Shown: positions 52,017 to 61,307, counted from the stretch's first letter. The stretch: DNA of 64,000 nt from Syntrophomonadaceae bacterium (GCA_007119965.1 SKOR01000037.1:32595-96594), one strand, 5' to 3'. Notes: a model not told the origin generated them from the letters alone. Made by a program: numbers and translations.

Positions 52017-52475
52017 CTAAGAAAGGTTGGGATAGCCCTGCTGCCGCAGCGCTTCGTAGAGGACAACGGCTACCGAATTGCCCATATTCAGGGAACGCGG
52101 GATCTGCTCTACCATGGGTATGCGCACAGTTTTTGCAGCCTGGGCCAGTATTTCCGGCGCCAGGCCCCTGGTTTCACTGCCGAAAACCAGGAAATCGTCG
52201 GGTTGATAGGCTATTTGATGATAATAGGTTTTACCCTTCGTTGAAAAACAGAACAGGCGAGCCTGCGGGTACGCCTCCCTGAGATCCCGGAAATCGGGGT
52301 GCACTTCCAGATCAAGATATTTCCAGTAGTCGAGGCCGGAGCGGCGCACCCGGCTCTCCGAAAGAGAAAACCCGAGCGGTTCAACCAGGTGCAGTTTTGT
52401 TCCCGTCATCACGCAGGTCCGGGCGACATTCCCCGTGTTGGGGGGTATTTCAGGCTCAACAAGGACTAAGTGCAT
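52017..52475 (-). CDS. trmL: tRNA (cytidine/uridine-2'-O)-methyltransferase TrmL (SpoU class)
   Basis: 152-aa protein. N-terminus HLVLVEPEIPPNTGNVARTC is a SPOUT motif. Confidence 0.85.
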   Translation of the reverse strand: MHLVLVEPEIPPNTGNVARTCVMTGTKLHLVEPLGFSLSESRVRRSGLDYWKYLDLEVHPDFRDLREAYPQARLFCFSTKGKTYYHQIAYQPDDFLVFGSETRGLAPEILAQAAKTVRIPMVEQIPRSLNMGNSVAVVLYEALRQQGYPNLS

Positions 52476-52575
52476 CGCACAACCTCACTTCACAACTTTT
52501 TTCCAGGGCCGGCAGCGGGCCTGGCATCAAAATCATTTTCGGTCTCCGCGGCCGGCAATCCTGACTTTTGCCCGC

Positions 52576-54987
52576 TTACCCGCGTTCGTTATTGTCCTCG
52601 TCACTTTCCCTGCGCAGCGTTTCATTGAAATGTTTCAGCCTGGCGAGAACTTTTTCGTTAAAGCTGCCTTCAGGGAAGGCCCCCTCTGCGGAAACTTCGC
52701 CTGCCTCCAGGCCCGACAAGAGTTCCAGGCCTTCTGATACCGTTTTTATAGTGTAAATATTAAACTGTTCACTGGCAACAGCTTCAACTACCTCTTTTTT
52801 AAGCATCAGGCTTTTTTGGTTTTGTTCAGGGATAATGACACCCTGCTTTCCGGTAAGCCCCAGTTCCTTGCAGGCCATGAAATAGCCTTCTATTTTACTG
52901 TTTACACCGCCAACGGGCTGGATTTCGCCTTTCTGGTTAACCGACCCGGTAACTGCGAGGTCCTGGCGCAGCGGCACTTCTGCCAGGCTTGAAAGAAGGC
53001 TGAACAGTTCAGCGGCTGAAGCGCTGTCACCATCAACACCGCCGTAAGACTGCTCGAAGCAGAGGCTGGCGGTCAGGTTAAGCGGTACCAGCGAGCCGTA
53101 GCGCATCCCGAGGTAACCGCTTAATATCAGGACTCCCTTGTTATGAATCCGGCCGCTCAGCTCGCTTTCCCGCTCAATGTTGATTATCCCCTTGCGGCCG
53201 AGGTAGGTTGAAGCGGTAATCCGTGACGGCCGCCCAAAGCGGTAGTCACCCTGGTCCAGGACCGAGAGGGCGTTAACCTGCCCAACCGTTTCGCCTTCAA
53301 AATCGAGTAGAATCTGCCCTTCCCTGATTAATTCAATTACTTTCTGCTCATACTTGTTGGAACGGTACACTATTTCTTCCAGGGCTTTTTCTACCTGCTT
53401 TTTACCGACAACATCGACGCCGTCTATATCCGCCCAGGCGTCGGCTTCAAACAGAAGATCAACAATTTCGTTGAAGCGGGTACTCAGTTTATCCTGGTGC
53501 TCCGCCAGTCGCGAACTGTACTCCACGATCTCCACTACCCCCGGCCGGTCAAAGGGTCGCAGGCCCTGTTCATCGCAGTGAAAAGAGATGAAGCTGGCCA
53601 TTTTGCCGACGTTGTTATTTTCCCGTTCCATTTCAGTATCGAAATCAGCTTTAATTTTAAACAACTTGCGGAAGTCTTCATCATAATGGTAGAGCAGCTG
53701 GTACAACAGGGGTATGCCGATCACGACTACCTTGATATTGAGGGGTATCGGCTGGGGACGCAGTGTAGACATGGCAACCAGGCCGAAATGTTCGCTGATA
53801 TTTTCAATCCTGATTTCGTTAGTCCTTAAAACCCTTTTCAGGACCTGCCAGGACTGGATGCTGGTCAACACATCCCTGGCCTGCAGGATCAGGTAACCGC
53901 CGTTGGCCCGGTGCAGAGAACCGGGTTTAATCATCGAAAAGTCGGTAACCATGGTTCCGAAGCGGTTTTCGTATTCGACCCTGCCCACCAGGTTATAGTA
54001 CGAAGGGTTGGTCTCGTAGATCATCGGGGCCCCACTGGTTTCGCGGTTATCAACCAGCAGGTTAACCCCGTATCGCTTCTCACTCTGTTCCTGGCTTTGC
54101 TGTTGGAGCATAAAAAGCGGGTTTTGCTGTTCATCGTCTTCGCTGCGAAAATCAGCCAGGTTAGACAGGACATCCTCCCGGTACGCTTCCAGGTATTTTT
54201 TTACCTGCGGGTACTGTCCGTATTCTTCGATCAGCTCGCTAAAGAGGTGCCCGATCGCCGCAAGGCCGATCTTGTGATCCAGATCCTTTAACTTCTCCTT
54301 CATCTCTTTTTCCACTTTTTGAATGCGTCTCATTATTTCCATCGCCTTCAGCTGCACTTCGGACGATTTTTTTTCAAGCTCGTCTTTCTTTTCCTGCTCC
54401 AGATTGGCGTAATCTTCCTCGCTGATTTGCTCTCCTTCCTGGAGCGGGATAGTCACAAACCCTGAGCTGGTCCGCTTCAAAGCAAAGCCTTTTTCGGAGG
54501 CAACCTTATTCAGTTCCTCCAGAAGCTCAGATCTTGCTTCCTGGAATTCTTTAAAATATACCGCCTTCTGTCTTTCATAATCTTCGCCTTCAAAAGCCTT
54601 CGGTATATTTTGCTTTAAATCTTCTAGCAGTTCCTCAATGTGCAGGCAGAAATCGTGCCCTTTCCCGGCGGGGAGGTTGAGAGCAATCGGCTCCCCGGGA
54701 TTTTCAAAGTTGTAAACATAAACCCAGTCATCGGGGACCGGTTCATTAGCCGATATTTTTTCTATAATTGATTGGGCGTAGCTCGATTTACCCGTCCCGG
54801 TCAGCCCGGTCATGAATATATTGTAACCGGGGCGTTTAATCCGCAGGCCGAACTCAGTAGCCTTAACGGCTCTCTCCTGGCCGATCATCCCTTCCAGCGG
54901 GGGCACATCTGCTGTAGTTTCAAATGTATTTCCCTCCAGATCGCAGACCAGCCTGAGTTCTTCCACTTTTAATTTTTTCCAATTCAT
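52576..54987 (-). CDS. LonC-type Lon-like protease (AAA_32 ATPase-like domain plus C-terminal S16 Lon protease domain)
   Basis: Walker A GLTGTGKS. A long coiled-coil insertion rich in E/K. C-terminal Lon proteolytic domain with catalytic Ser in GGVDGDSASAAE and Lys in NSKIEG. The ATG at 54987 (MNWKKLKVEEL) has a GGGGAGAA SD and overlaps the nth stop in an ATGA arrangement. Confidence 0.75.
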   Translation of the reverse strand: MNWKKLKVEELRLVCDLEGNTFETTADVPPLEGMIGQERAVKATEFGLRIKRPGYNIFMTGLTGTGKSSYAQSIIEKISANEPVPDDWVYVYNFENPGEPIALNLPAGKGHDFCLHIEELLEDLKQNIPKAFEGEDYERQKAVYFKEFQEARSELLEELNKVASEKGFALKRTSSGFVTIPLQEGEQISEEDYANLEQEKKDELEKKSSEVQLKAMEIMRRIQKVEKEMKEKLKDLDHKIGLAAIGHLFSELIEEYGQYPQVKKYLEAYREDVLSNLADFRSEDDEQQNPLFMLQQQSQEQSEKRYGVNLLVDNRETSGAPMIYETNPSYYNLVGRVEYENRFGTMVTDFSMIKPGSLHRANGGYLILQARDVLTSIQSWQVLKRVLRTNEIRIENISEHFGLVAMSTLRPQPIPLNIKVVVIGIPLLYQLLYHYDEDFRKLFKIKADFDTEMERENNNVGKMASFISFHCDEQGLRPFDRPGVVEIVEYSSRLAEHQDKLSTRFNEIVDLLFEADAWADIDGVDVVGKKQVEKALEEIVYRSNKYEQKVIELIREGQILLDFEGETVGQVNALSVLDQGDYRFGRPSRITASTYLGRKGIINIERESELSGRIHNKGVLILSGYLGMRYGSLVPLNLTASLCFEQSYGGVDGDSASAAELFSLLSSLAEVPLRQDLAVTGSVNQKGEIQPVGGVNSKIEGYFMACKELGLTGKQGVIIPEQNQKSLMLKKEVVEAVASEQFNIYTIKTVSEGLELLSGLEAGEVSAEGAFPEGSFNEKVLARLKHFNETLRRESDEDNNERG

Positions 54988-55649
54988 CAATGTTCTCCCC
55001 TTTCTATGGCATACAAGCAAAGCCCGGCCAGGAAACAACCGGAGCACAGCGGTTTGCGGGCCTTGCATACCGTGCGCCCATGGGCAATTAACCAGTGGTG
55101 GGCATTGGTCCAGTTTTCTACCGGGATCACCTCTTTCAGCTGATCCTCAACGATCCTGACAGATTTCCCGTCAGCAAGGCCCAACCTCCCCGAAACGCGA
55201 AAAACGTGTGTATCAACAGCCAGGGCCGGCTTGCCAAAAGCGCTGCTGATAATCACGTTCGCCGTTTTTCGCCCTACACCGGGCAGTTTAATCAGCTCAT
55301 TAAAATTGTCGGGGATAAGCCCGCCGTACTGCTCTGCAATTATCCTGGCTGCTTCAACCAGGTACCTGCTTTTATGGCGGTAGAGGCCGCAGCTTTTTAA
55401 ATACGGTTCCAACTCTGACGGTTTCATGGCAGACAGGTCGCAAACAGTGGGTGCCGCCTCAAAGAGCCTGGCGGTAATCCTGTTTACCTGCTCGTCTGTT
55501 GTCTGGGCGGAAAGGACTGTAGCGACAAACAGTTGGTACGGGTTGTTAAAAACCAGGGCTGTTTTGGCCTGCGGGTAATGGGCAGCAAGCTGTTCTAAAA
55601 TCAGGGCGGCCTGGTTAAAGGTATTTTCTTCTATCGCGGTTTTTACCAT
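54987..55649 (-). CDS. nth: Endonuclease III (DNA glycosylase/AP lyase)
   Basis: HhH-GPD motif (LPGVGRKTANVI) and C-terminal 4Fe-4S cluster Cys (C-x6-C-x2-C-x5-C). Confidence 0.9.
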   Translation of the reverse strand: MVKTAIEENTFNQAALILEQLAAHYPQAKTALVFNNPYQLFVATVLSAQTTDEQVNRITARLFEAAPTVCDLSAMKPSELEPYLKSCGLYRHKSRYLVEAARIIAEQYGGLIPDNFNELIKLPGVGRKTANVIISSAFGKPALAVDTHVFRVSGRLGLADGKSVRIVEDQLKEVIPVENWTNAHHWLIAHGRTVCKARKPLCSGCFLAGLCLYAIERGEH

Positions 55650-55747
55650 AATTAATTATAGATCGGGAAACCGGCAAGGTAAAGGGCAATCAGGCCTTCT
55701 GTCCGGCTGCCCCTTTTTTTCGTAAACTGCAAGCAGGGCGGGGCTCT

Positions 55748-56950
55748 TTAAAAGCGCACCGCCCCCTCAGAGGCCATCTGCTCAATGTCATTGGGGTTGT
55801 AACCGAGCGAGTGCAGGATTTCCCGGGTATGCTCACCGTGGCGCGGCGGAGGCAGACGGACCTGCCCTGCACAGCCGGAAAACAACAGCGGGAAACCGGG
55901 CATAATCTCGGTTTCACCGGCGCTGTTTACTGATTTGATCCAGTAGCGGCCCTCACGGCCGGTGGGGTAACCGACAGCCTCGGCCAGGCTTAGAACAGGT
56001 TCGCAGCAGGCATCAAGACCGGAAAAAAGGGTTTCCCACTGCTCCCTGGTTTTTTCTTTAAATAAAGCCTGTACTTCCCTGATTAACGCTTCCCGCCCTT
56101 CCTGTTCAAATTGAAGCGCGGTCCACTGATTTTTTCCGACCGCTTCACAGAACCTCTCCCAGAAAACAGGCTCAAGCGCTCCGAGACTCATATGTTTGCC
56201 GTCGGCAGTTTCGTAAATATTATAGCAGGCGTAAGCCCCGGTAATCGGGCCGCTCCCGCGCCTGGCCATCTCTTCAGAACTGTTCATGGCCGATGCGGCC
56301 ATGGTCAGCCAGGGAAGCAAACCCCTGGTCATCGAGACATCGACATGGCTGCCTTTGCCGTCCCGCCCTCTCCGGAATAAGGCGATCAGAATACCCTGCA
56401 GGGCCATCATCGCCCCCCCGGCGATATCAGCAACCTGGATCGCAGGCATTTGCGGCGAACCGCCTTCTTCGGCACTCAGATCGAGCAGCCCTGACAGGGC
56501 GGTGTAGTTTAGATCATGGCCGGCCCTGTCCCGGTAAGGGCCAGTTTGGCCGTAACCGGTAATTGAGGCATAAACCAGGCCCCCGTTAAGCCGGCTCAGT
56601 TCGCTGTAGCCCAGCCCCAGGCGCTCCATAACCCCCGGCCTGAAACCTTCAACCAGGACATCGGCTCTGCCGGCCAGCTTCTGGACTGCCGTACGGCCCT
56701 GTCCAGTCTTCAGGTTCACGGCCAGGCTTTTCTTGTTGCGGTTCAGCTGGCGGAAAAAAGAACCGCTGCCTTCAAAAAAACGGCCGACGAACCTTGTCGG
56801 GTCGCCGGCTTCAGTATCTTCAATTTTTACTATTTCAGCCCCGTAATCCCCCATCAGCATAGTGCAGAGCGGACCCGGCAGCAGGCGGGTCAGGTCCAGG
56901 ACCGTTAAGCCCTGCAGGGGCAGGCTTTTTTCGCTGTGTTCTTCTTTCAT
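55748..56950 (-). CDS. Family III CoA-transferase (CaiB/BaiF family)
   Basis: N-terminal LQGLTVLDLTRLLPGPLCTMLMGDYGAEIVKIE motif, typical of CoA_transf_3. Size 400 aa. The start overlaps the stop of the upstream flavoprotein gene. Confidence 0.85.
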   Translation of the reverse strand: MKEEHSEKSLPLQGLTVLDLTRLLPGPLCTMLMGDYGAEIVKIEDTEAGDPTRFVGRFFEGSGSFFRQLNRNKKSLAVNLKTGQGRTAVQKLAGRADVLVEGFRPGVMERLGLGYSELSRLNGGLVYASITGYGQTGPYRDRAGHDLNYTALSGLLDLSAEEGGSPQMPAIQVADIAGGAMMALQGILIALFRRGRDGKGSHVDVSMTRGLLPWLTMAASAMNSSEEMARRGSGPITGAYACYNIYETADGKHMSLGALEPVFWERFCEAVGKNQWTALQFEQEGREALIREVQALFKEKTREQWETLFSGLDACCEPVLSLAEAVGYPTGREGRYWIKSVNSAGETEIMPGFPLLFSGCAGQVRLPPPRHGEHTREILHSLGYNPNDIEQMASEGAVRF

Positions 56951-58554
56951 TACCGGTGTGTATAATGCGGCAGTAAAATCGGCCCTACCCGGTCTTCGGC
57001 CGCATTCGTTTCTTCTAATTCCCTGTGGTATTTTTCCACGTGCTCCAGGGTGAGCTTTCCGGGAACAGGAAGATCCTTGCTTTTCGCCGCTGCGTCTCTT
57101 CCGGCCCTGCGGCCAAAAACGATAATATCGAGCAGAGAATTACCCATCAGGCGGTTGGTGCCGTGAATCCCGCCTGCTGCCTCACCGGCAACATAGAGAT
57201 TTTCAACAGTACTGTGACCGCTGTCATCAATCAGCAGCCCGCCGTTCTGGTAATGCAGGGTCGGGTAAATCAGCATCGGCTCCTTGCGAATATCAACACC
57301 GAAGCGCTGGAACTGGCGCAGCATAGCCGGCAGCTGGCGCTCGATGGTCCCTTCACCGTGAGTCAGCTCGAGAATTGGCGAATCAAGCCAGACCGCGGTA
57401 ATTCCCGTCGGCAGCGGCACACCTAACCCGCGTTCTTCACACTCGCGGATAATCGCAGACGATTCCACATCCCTCGTTTCGAGGTGGTAGACAAACTGCT
57501 CGCCGTTGATATTAAGCGGCGTAGCGCCGAGGCCGCGCGTCTTTTCAGTAACCAGGAGCCCCAGGAGCTGGGGCGGGAAAGCGCCGCCTGTCGGGTGATA
57601 CTGGATAGAGTCGGCATAAATAGTTTTCGCCCCGGCCCGGTATCCCATCACCAGGCCGTCCGCGGTGGCCCCGTAGTGGTTGCTGGTCGGAAAACCGCGG
57701 TAATGAAGCCTTCCCGATCCTCCGGTGGCGATGATTACCGTTTTAGCCCGGGCCACCATGTACTGTTCTGTTTCGATATTGTAGAGGACTGCCCCGGCGG
57801 CACGGCCCTGCTCATCAAGGAGAACCTCAACCGCCGCACAGAATTCAACAACGGTAATATCCTTGTTATAAACTTCATCCCGCAGGGTCCTCATAATTTC
57901 AGCGCCGGTATAATCGCGGGCAGCATGCATCCGTTTCCGCGATGTCCCCCCGCCGTGAATTGTAACCATCCTGCCGTCTTCTTTTTTATCAAACATGGTA
58001 CCCATGTCTTCCAGCCACTTGATCACCAGCGGTGCGTCCATAACCAGGGCGCGGGCCAGTTCGGGAACGTTCTCCAGCCTTCCCCCGCCCATCACATCAA
58101 GGTAGTGGATTGCCGGAGTATCGTTTTCCTTGTCGGCCGCCTGGATACCGCCCTGGGCCATCATCGTATTGGCGTCTCCAAAGCGCAGTTTGGTGGCTAT
58201 CAGCACATCGGCCCCTGCTGCGTGGGCATCGAGCGCTGCCGCAGCCCCGGCTCCTCCTCCGCCGATTATCAGGACGTCGACATCGTAATCCGGCTCTGCC
58301 GTGAGGTCCAGTTCAACATCGCGCAGGCGGCTCCACGATTCAAATACATCTGCCATCTCGTTGGGCAGGCGCGATCCCTTGTTGACGCCTACTTTTAGTT
58401 CGCGAAACCCGTCCTCGATATAATCGGGATGAAACTTTTGCAGCACGTCGCGGCGTTCTTCCTGGGTCATCCGCGGAAAATTGACACCGACCCGGGAGGG
58501 CCTGGTCTCTTCTACTTTCTTCATAAGCTCTCTTAACTGCGGTGTGTAAGTCAA
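56950..58554 (-). CDS. Succinate dehydrogenase/fumarate reductase flavoprotein-like subunit (FAD_binding_2) with non-covalent FAD and an N-terminal extension
   Basis: GxGxAG dinucleotide motif (LIIGGGGAGAAAA). AQGGI block lacking the His used for covalent FAD. Active-site HPTGG, HYQNGG, and AGEAAGGIHGTNRLMGNSLLD...FGRRAG. An extra roughly 85 aa at the N-terminus. Confidence 0.8.
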   Translation of the reverse strand: MTYTPQLRELMKKVEETRPSRVGVNFPRMTQEERRDVLQKFHPDYIEDGFRELKVGVNKGSRLPNEMADVFESWSRLRDVELDLTAEPDYDVDVLIIGGGGAGAAAALDAHAAGADVLIATKLRFGDANTMMAQGGIQAADKENDTPAIHYLDVMGGGRLENVPELARALVMDAPLVIKWLEDMGTMFDKKEDGRMVTIHGGGTSRKRMHAARDYTGAEIMRTLRDEVYNKDITVVEFCAAVEVLLDEQGRAAGAVLYNIETEQYMVARAKTVIIATGGSGRLHYRGFPTSNHYGATADGLVMGYRAGAKTIYADSIQYHPTGGAFPPQLLGLLVTEKTRGLGATPLNINGEQFVYHLETRDVESSAIIRECEERGLGVPLPTGITAVWLDSPILELTHGEGTIERQLPAMLRQFQRFGVDIRKEPMLIYPTLHYQNGGLLIDDSGHSTVENLYVAGEAAGGIHGTNRLMGNSLLDIIVFGRRAGRDAAAKSKDLPVPGKLTLEHVEKYHRELEETNAAEDRVGPILLPHYTHR

Positions 58555-58578
58555 CTTAATTGCTCCTCCTCTCCAGGT

Positions 58579-59262
58579 CTACTTTTCAATTTCACGATCA
58601 TTGTACATCTGCTGCAGCGTCTCATCTTCTGCTGTAACGAGTTCGTCAATTTCAGCGTCCATCTCACCGTCTTTAATTGCCCTGGCCCTTTCGACCAGGA
58701 ACGGATCGGGTTTGGCGATGTAACGGCTGAAAAGGCGCCGGGCAGTCAGGCCGGCATTGTAATGGACTATATTGGCCGGGCAGCGTGATACACAGAGCCC
58801 GCACATCAGGCAGTCAAAAGAAATATCGGCTGCCTTTTCAAAATCGCCGCGCTGGCAGTAAGCAATGTACTGCATGACATCGATATCCTGGGGGCAGACC
58901 TTGTTACAGGAACTGCAGCCCAGGCACTTGTACACTTCAGGATAAAGCTGGGCAAAGTGAGCCATCGTAGGCTTAATATCTTCAAGGTTGAACTTTGCTT
59001 TACGGCCCGGGAAAAAGGGAATCTGGGCCAGGTACATACCATCTTCCACCTTGGTCTGGCAGGCCAGGCCGACCTGGAGTTCGTAATCGTTGGCCATCCT
59101 GAAAACGGTGGCGCAGGCGCCGCAGAAGCCGGCCCGGCAGCCGCAGCCGCGGGTTAACTGGTAACCGGCGTATTCCATTGCATCCAGGATGGTCAGCGTT
59201 TCCGGGACGGTATAACGCTTACCCATTAAATATATGTCAACCATTTTTATTTCGTCTGTCAT
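58579..59262 (-). CDS. Succinate dehydrogenase/fumarate reductase iron-sulfur subunit-like protein (2Fe-2S plus two Cys clusters)
   Basis: CGCRAGFCGAC plant-type 2Fe-2S motif, then CLGCSSCNKVCP and CLMCGLCVSRCP cluster motifs. Size 227 aa. No membrane-anchor gene is adjacent. Confidence 0.8.
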   Translation of the reverse strand: MTDEIKMVDIYLMGKRYTVPETLTILDAMEYAGYQLTRGCGCRAGFCGACATVFRMANDYELQVGLACQTKVEDGMYLAQIPFFPGRKAKFNLEDIKPTMAHFAQLYPEVYKCLGCSSCNKVCPQDIDVMQYIAYCQRGDFEKAADISFDCLMCGLCVSRCPANIVHYNAGLTARRLFSRYIAKPDPFLVERARAIKDGEMDAEIDELVTAEDETLQQMYNDREIEK

Positions 59263-59276
59263 ATTATCCTCCTCAA

Positions 59277-60611
59277 TTACTCGGCAGGCGGAGCCGGGAT
59301 AAAGCCCTGATCCATCGCCGCCTTGGTCTGATCCTGGGCTCTCTTGATCGTTTCTTCGGCTTTCTTGTATATTTCTTCGCGGCTAAGTTCAATCCTGGCC
59401 AGTCCCTCTTCAATGGCCTTCATGGCTGTAGCTGTAGCTACCCGCGGAAATACTTCCCACATATCCATCGTCGGCAGGATCATTTCAGGATCCATGCCGC
59501 CCCTGGGCGCGCAGGCGGCCAGTTCTTCAGCTGCAGCGATGCACATCGTATCGGAAATCCCGGTAGCCTGGACGTCTAAAACACCGCGGAAAATTGCGGG
59601 GAAACCGAGCGAGTTATTAACCTGGTTCGGGAAATCGGAGCGGCCGGTGGAGACAATCTTCGCCCCTGCATCAATCGCTTCCCAGGGCCAGATTTCCGGA
59701 ATGGGGTTGGCGCAGGCAAAGACAATTGCGTCTTTAGCCATACTCTGAATCCACTCTTTTTTAATTGTATCCGGGCCGGGCTTGGAAAGGCCGATTAAAA
59801 CATCAGCACCCTTGCAGGCGTCTGCTGCGTCAGTGGCCAGCCCTTCACCGTTAGTACTCTGGGCCAGTTCCCATTTCACCGGGTGCTCTTCCTTAAGCTC
59901 GGTGCGGCCCTTATGCAGGATGCCCTTGCTGTCTACCATAACAACTTTCTTTAAATCTGCCCCTGCCACGCCAAGCAGGCGGACGGTACAGATATTGGCA
60001 GCCCCGGCGCCGAGCAGGACAATTTTGGCATCCTCCATCTTCTTGCCGACAATTTTCAGGGCATTGATCAGGCCGGCCACGGTAACACAGGCGGTACCCT
60101 GCTGATCATCATGCCAGATCGGAATGTGGCATTCTTCTCTCAGGCGGTCGAGGACATAAAAACACTTCGGGCTGGCAATATCCTCAAGATTTACACCGCC
60201 AAAGCAGGGCTGCATCATTTTAACAAACTTAATCAGCTCATCGGGATCTTTCGTGTCAACGCAAACCGGAAAAGCATCGACGCCGCCTAAATACTTGAAA
60301 AGCAGCGCTTTGCCTTCCATTACCGGCATACTTGCTTCGGGCCCGATATCGCCGAGGCCGAGAACCCTGGTGCCGTCAGAGACAACGGCCAGGAAATTGC
60401 CTTTATTGGTATACTCATAAACAAGTTCTTTATTATCGGCGATAGCCTTGCACGGCTCGGCAACGCCCGGAGTATACCAGATCGCAAAATCTCCTATACC
60501 GCGCACACAGCACTTTAAGTTTACTTCAATTTTACCCTTGTAAAATGGGTGCAGCCGCATTGCATCCTGGGCCGGCTTTTTCGCCTTGGCCAGTAACTCA
60601 TCTTTATTCAT
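59277..60611 (-). CDS. NAD(P)-dependent malic enzyme (short bacterial form)
   Basis: Malic enzyme N-terminal and NAD-binding domains (LAVVSDGTRVLGLGDIG, VLLGAGAANI). The start is ambiguous: ATG at 60611 (MNKDEL) has an AGGA SD, and alternative in-frame ATGs exist up to 60638. Confidence 0.85.
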   Translation of the reverse strand: MNKDELLAKAKKPAQDAMRLHPFYKGKIEVNLKCCVRGIGDFAIWYTPGVAEPCKAIADNKELVYEYTNKGNFLAVVSDGTRVLGLGDIGPEASMPVMEGKALLFKYLGGVDAFPVCVDTKDPDELIKFVKMMQPCFGGVNLEDIASPKCFYVLDRLREECHIPIWHDDQQGTACVTVAGLINALKIVGKKMEDAKIVLLGAGAANICTVRLLGVAGADLKKVVMVDSKGILHKGRTELKEEHPVKWELAQSTNGEGLATDAADACKGADVLIGLSKPGPDTIKKEWIQSMAKDAIVFACANPIPEIWPWEAIDAGAKIVSTGRSDFPNQVNNSLGFPAIFRGVLDVQATGISDTMCIAAAEELAACAPRGGMDPEMILPTMDMWEVFPRVATATAMKAIEEGLARIELSREEIYKKAEETIKRAQDQTKAAMDQGFIPAPPAE

Positions 60612-60728
60612 TGTCATTATCCTGTCCCTACTTTCCATTAAAAATTTATTTAAACCGGCTCTCTGCCTGTTTCTGACCGGCAGCCGCAGAGATCAGACTT
60701 GCTGCCCTGTCTGCGGCCATCATAAAAA

Positions 60729-61280
60729 CTACCTGGCGTATTCTTTGGCTCCTTCGGCATAAAGATCGTTGCCATATGCGTCATTGACCACTGTTGCCGG
60801 GAAATCTTCCACTTCCAGGCGGCGAATTGCCTCCGGCCCCAGCTCAGGGTAAGCTACAACCTCGCTCTTCTTGATTTTTTTGGAGAGCAGTGCGCCGGCG
60901 CCGCCCACTGCGGCCAGGTACAGGCCCTTGTGCTTAACGAGGGCGTCTTTTACAACCTGGCTGCGAAGCCCTTTGCCGATACATGCTTTCATGCCTTTTT
61001 CCAGCATCTGGGGGGTGTAAGCATCCATCCGGCCGCTTGTAGTCGGACCTGCCGAACCGATGGCCTGACCCGGTTTTTCCGGGGTCGGACCGACATAAAA
61101 TATAAACTGCCCCGTCAGGTCGATGGGCAGTTCTTCGCCTTTATCCATTAACTCAACCAACTTTTTATGGGCGGCATCTCTTGCCGTGTAAATAACTCCG
61201 CTGATCAGGACATTATCTCCCGCTTTCAGGGCCATTACATCTTCATCAGTCAGGGGAGCCTTAATTTTTTTTGTTTCCAT
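60729..61280 (-). CDS. fumB: Class I (Fe-S) fumarate hydratase beta subunit
   Basis: 183-aa Fumerase_C-type sequence (LISGVIYTARDAAHKKL, GPTTSGRMD). SD GAGGAGG. Confidence 0.85.
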   Translation of the reverse strand: METKKIKAPLTDEDVMALKAGDNVLISGVIYTARDAAHKKLVELMDKGEELPIDLTGQFIFYVGPTPEKPGQAIGSAGPTTSGRMDAYTPQMLEKGMKACIGKGLRSQVVKDALVKHKGLYLAAVGGAGALLSKKIKKSEVVAYPELGPEAIRRLEVEDFPATVVNDAYGNDLYAEGAKEYAR

Positions 61281-61307
61281 TCCGCTTTGCCTCCTCTCTT
61301 CAGAGCT

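Noticed and set aside
55690-55917. 75-aa minus-strand ORF overlapping the 3' end of the CoA-transferase gene
   Set aside because: Out-of-frame overlap with a well-supported gene. Cys/Arg-rich and not protein-like. No SD.
57484-58398. 304-aa plus-strand ORF antisense to the SdhA-like flavoprotein gene
   Set aside because: Same reasoning: it is embedded antisense in a gene with clear conserved motifs, with no RBS and a Gly/Pro/Arg-rich low-complexity product.
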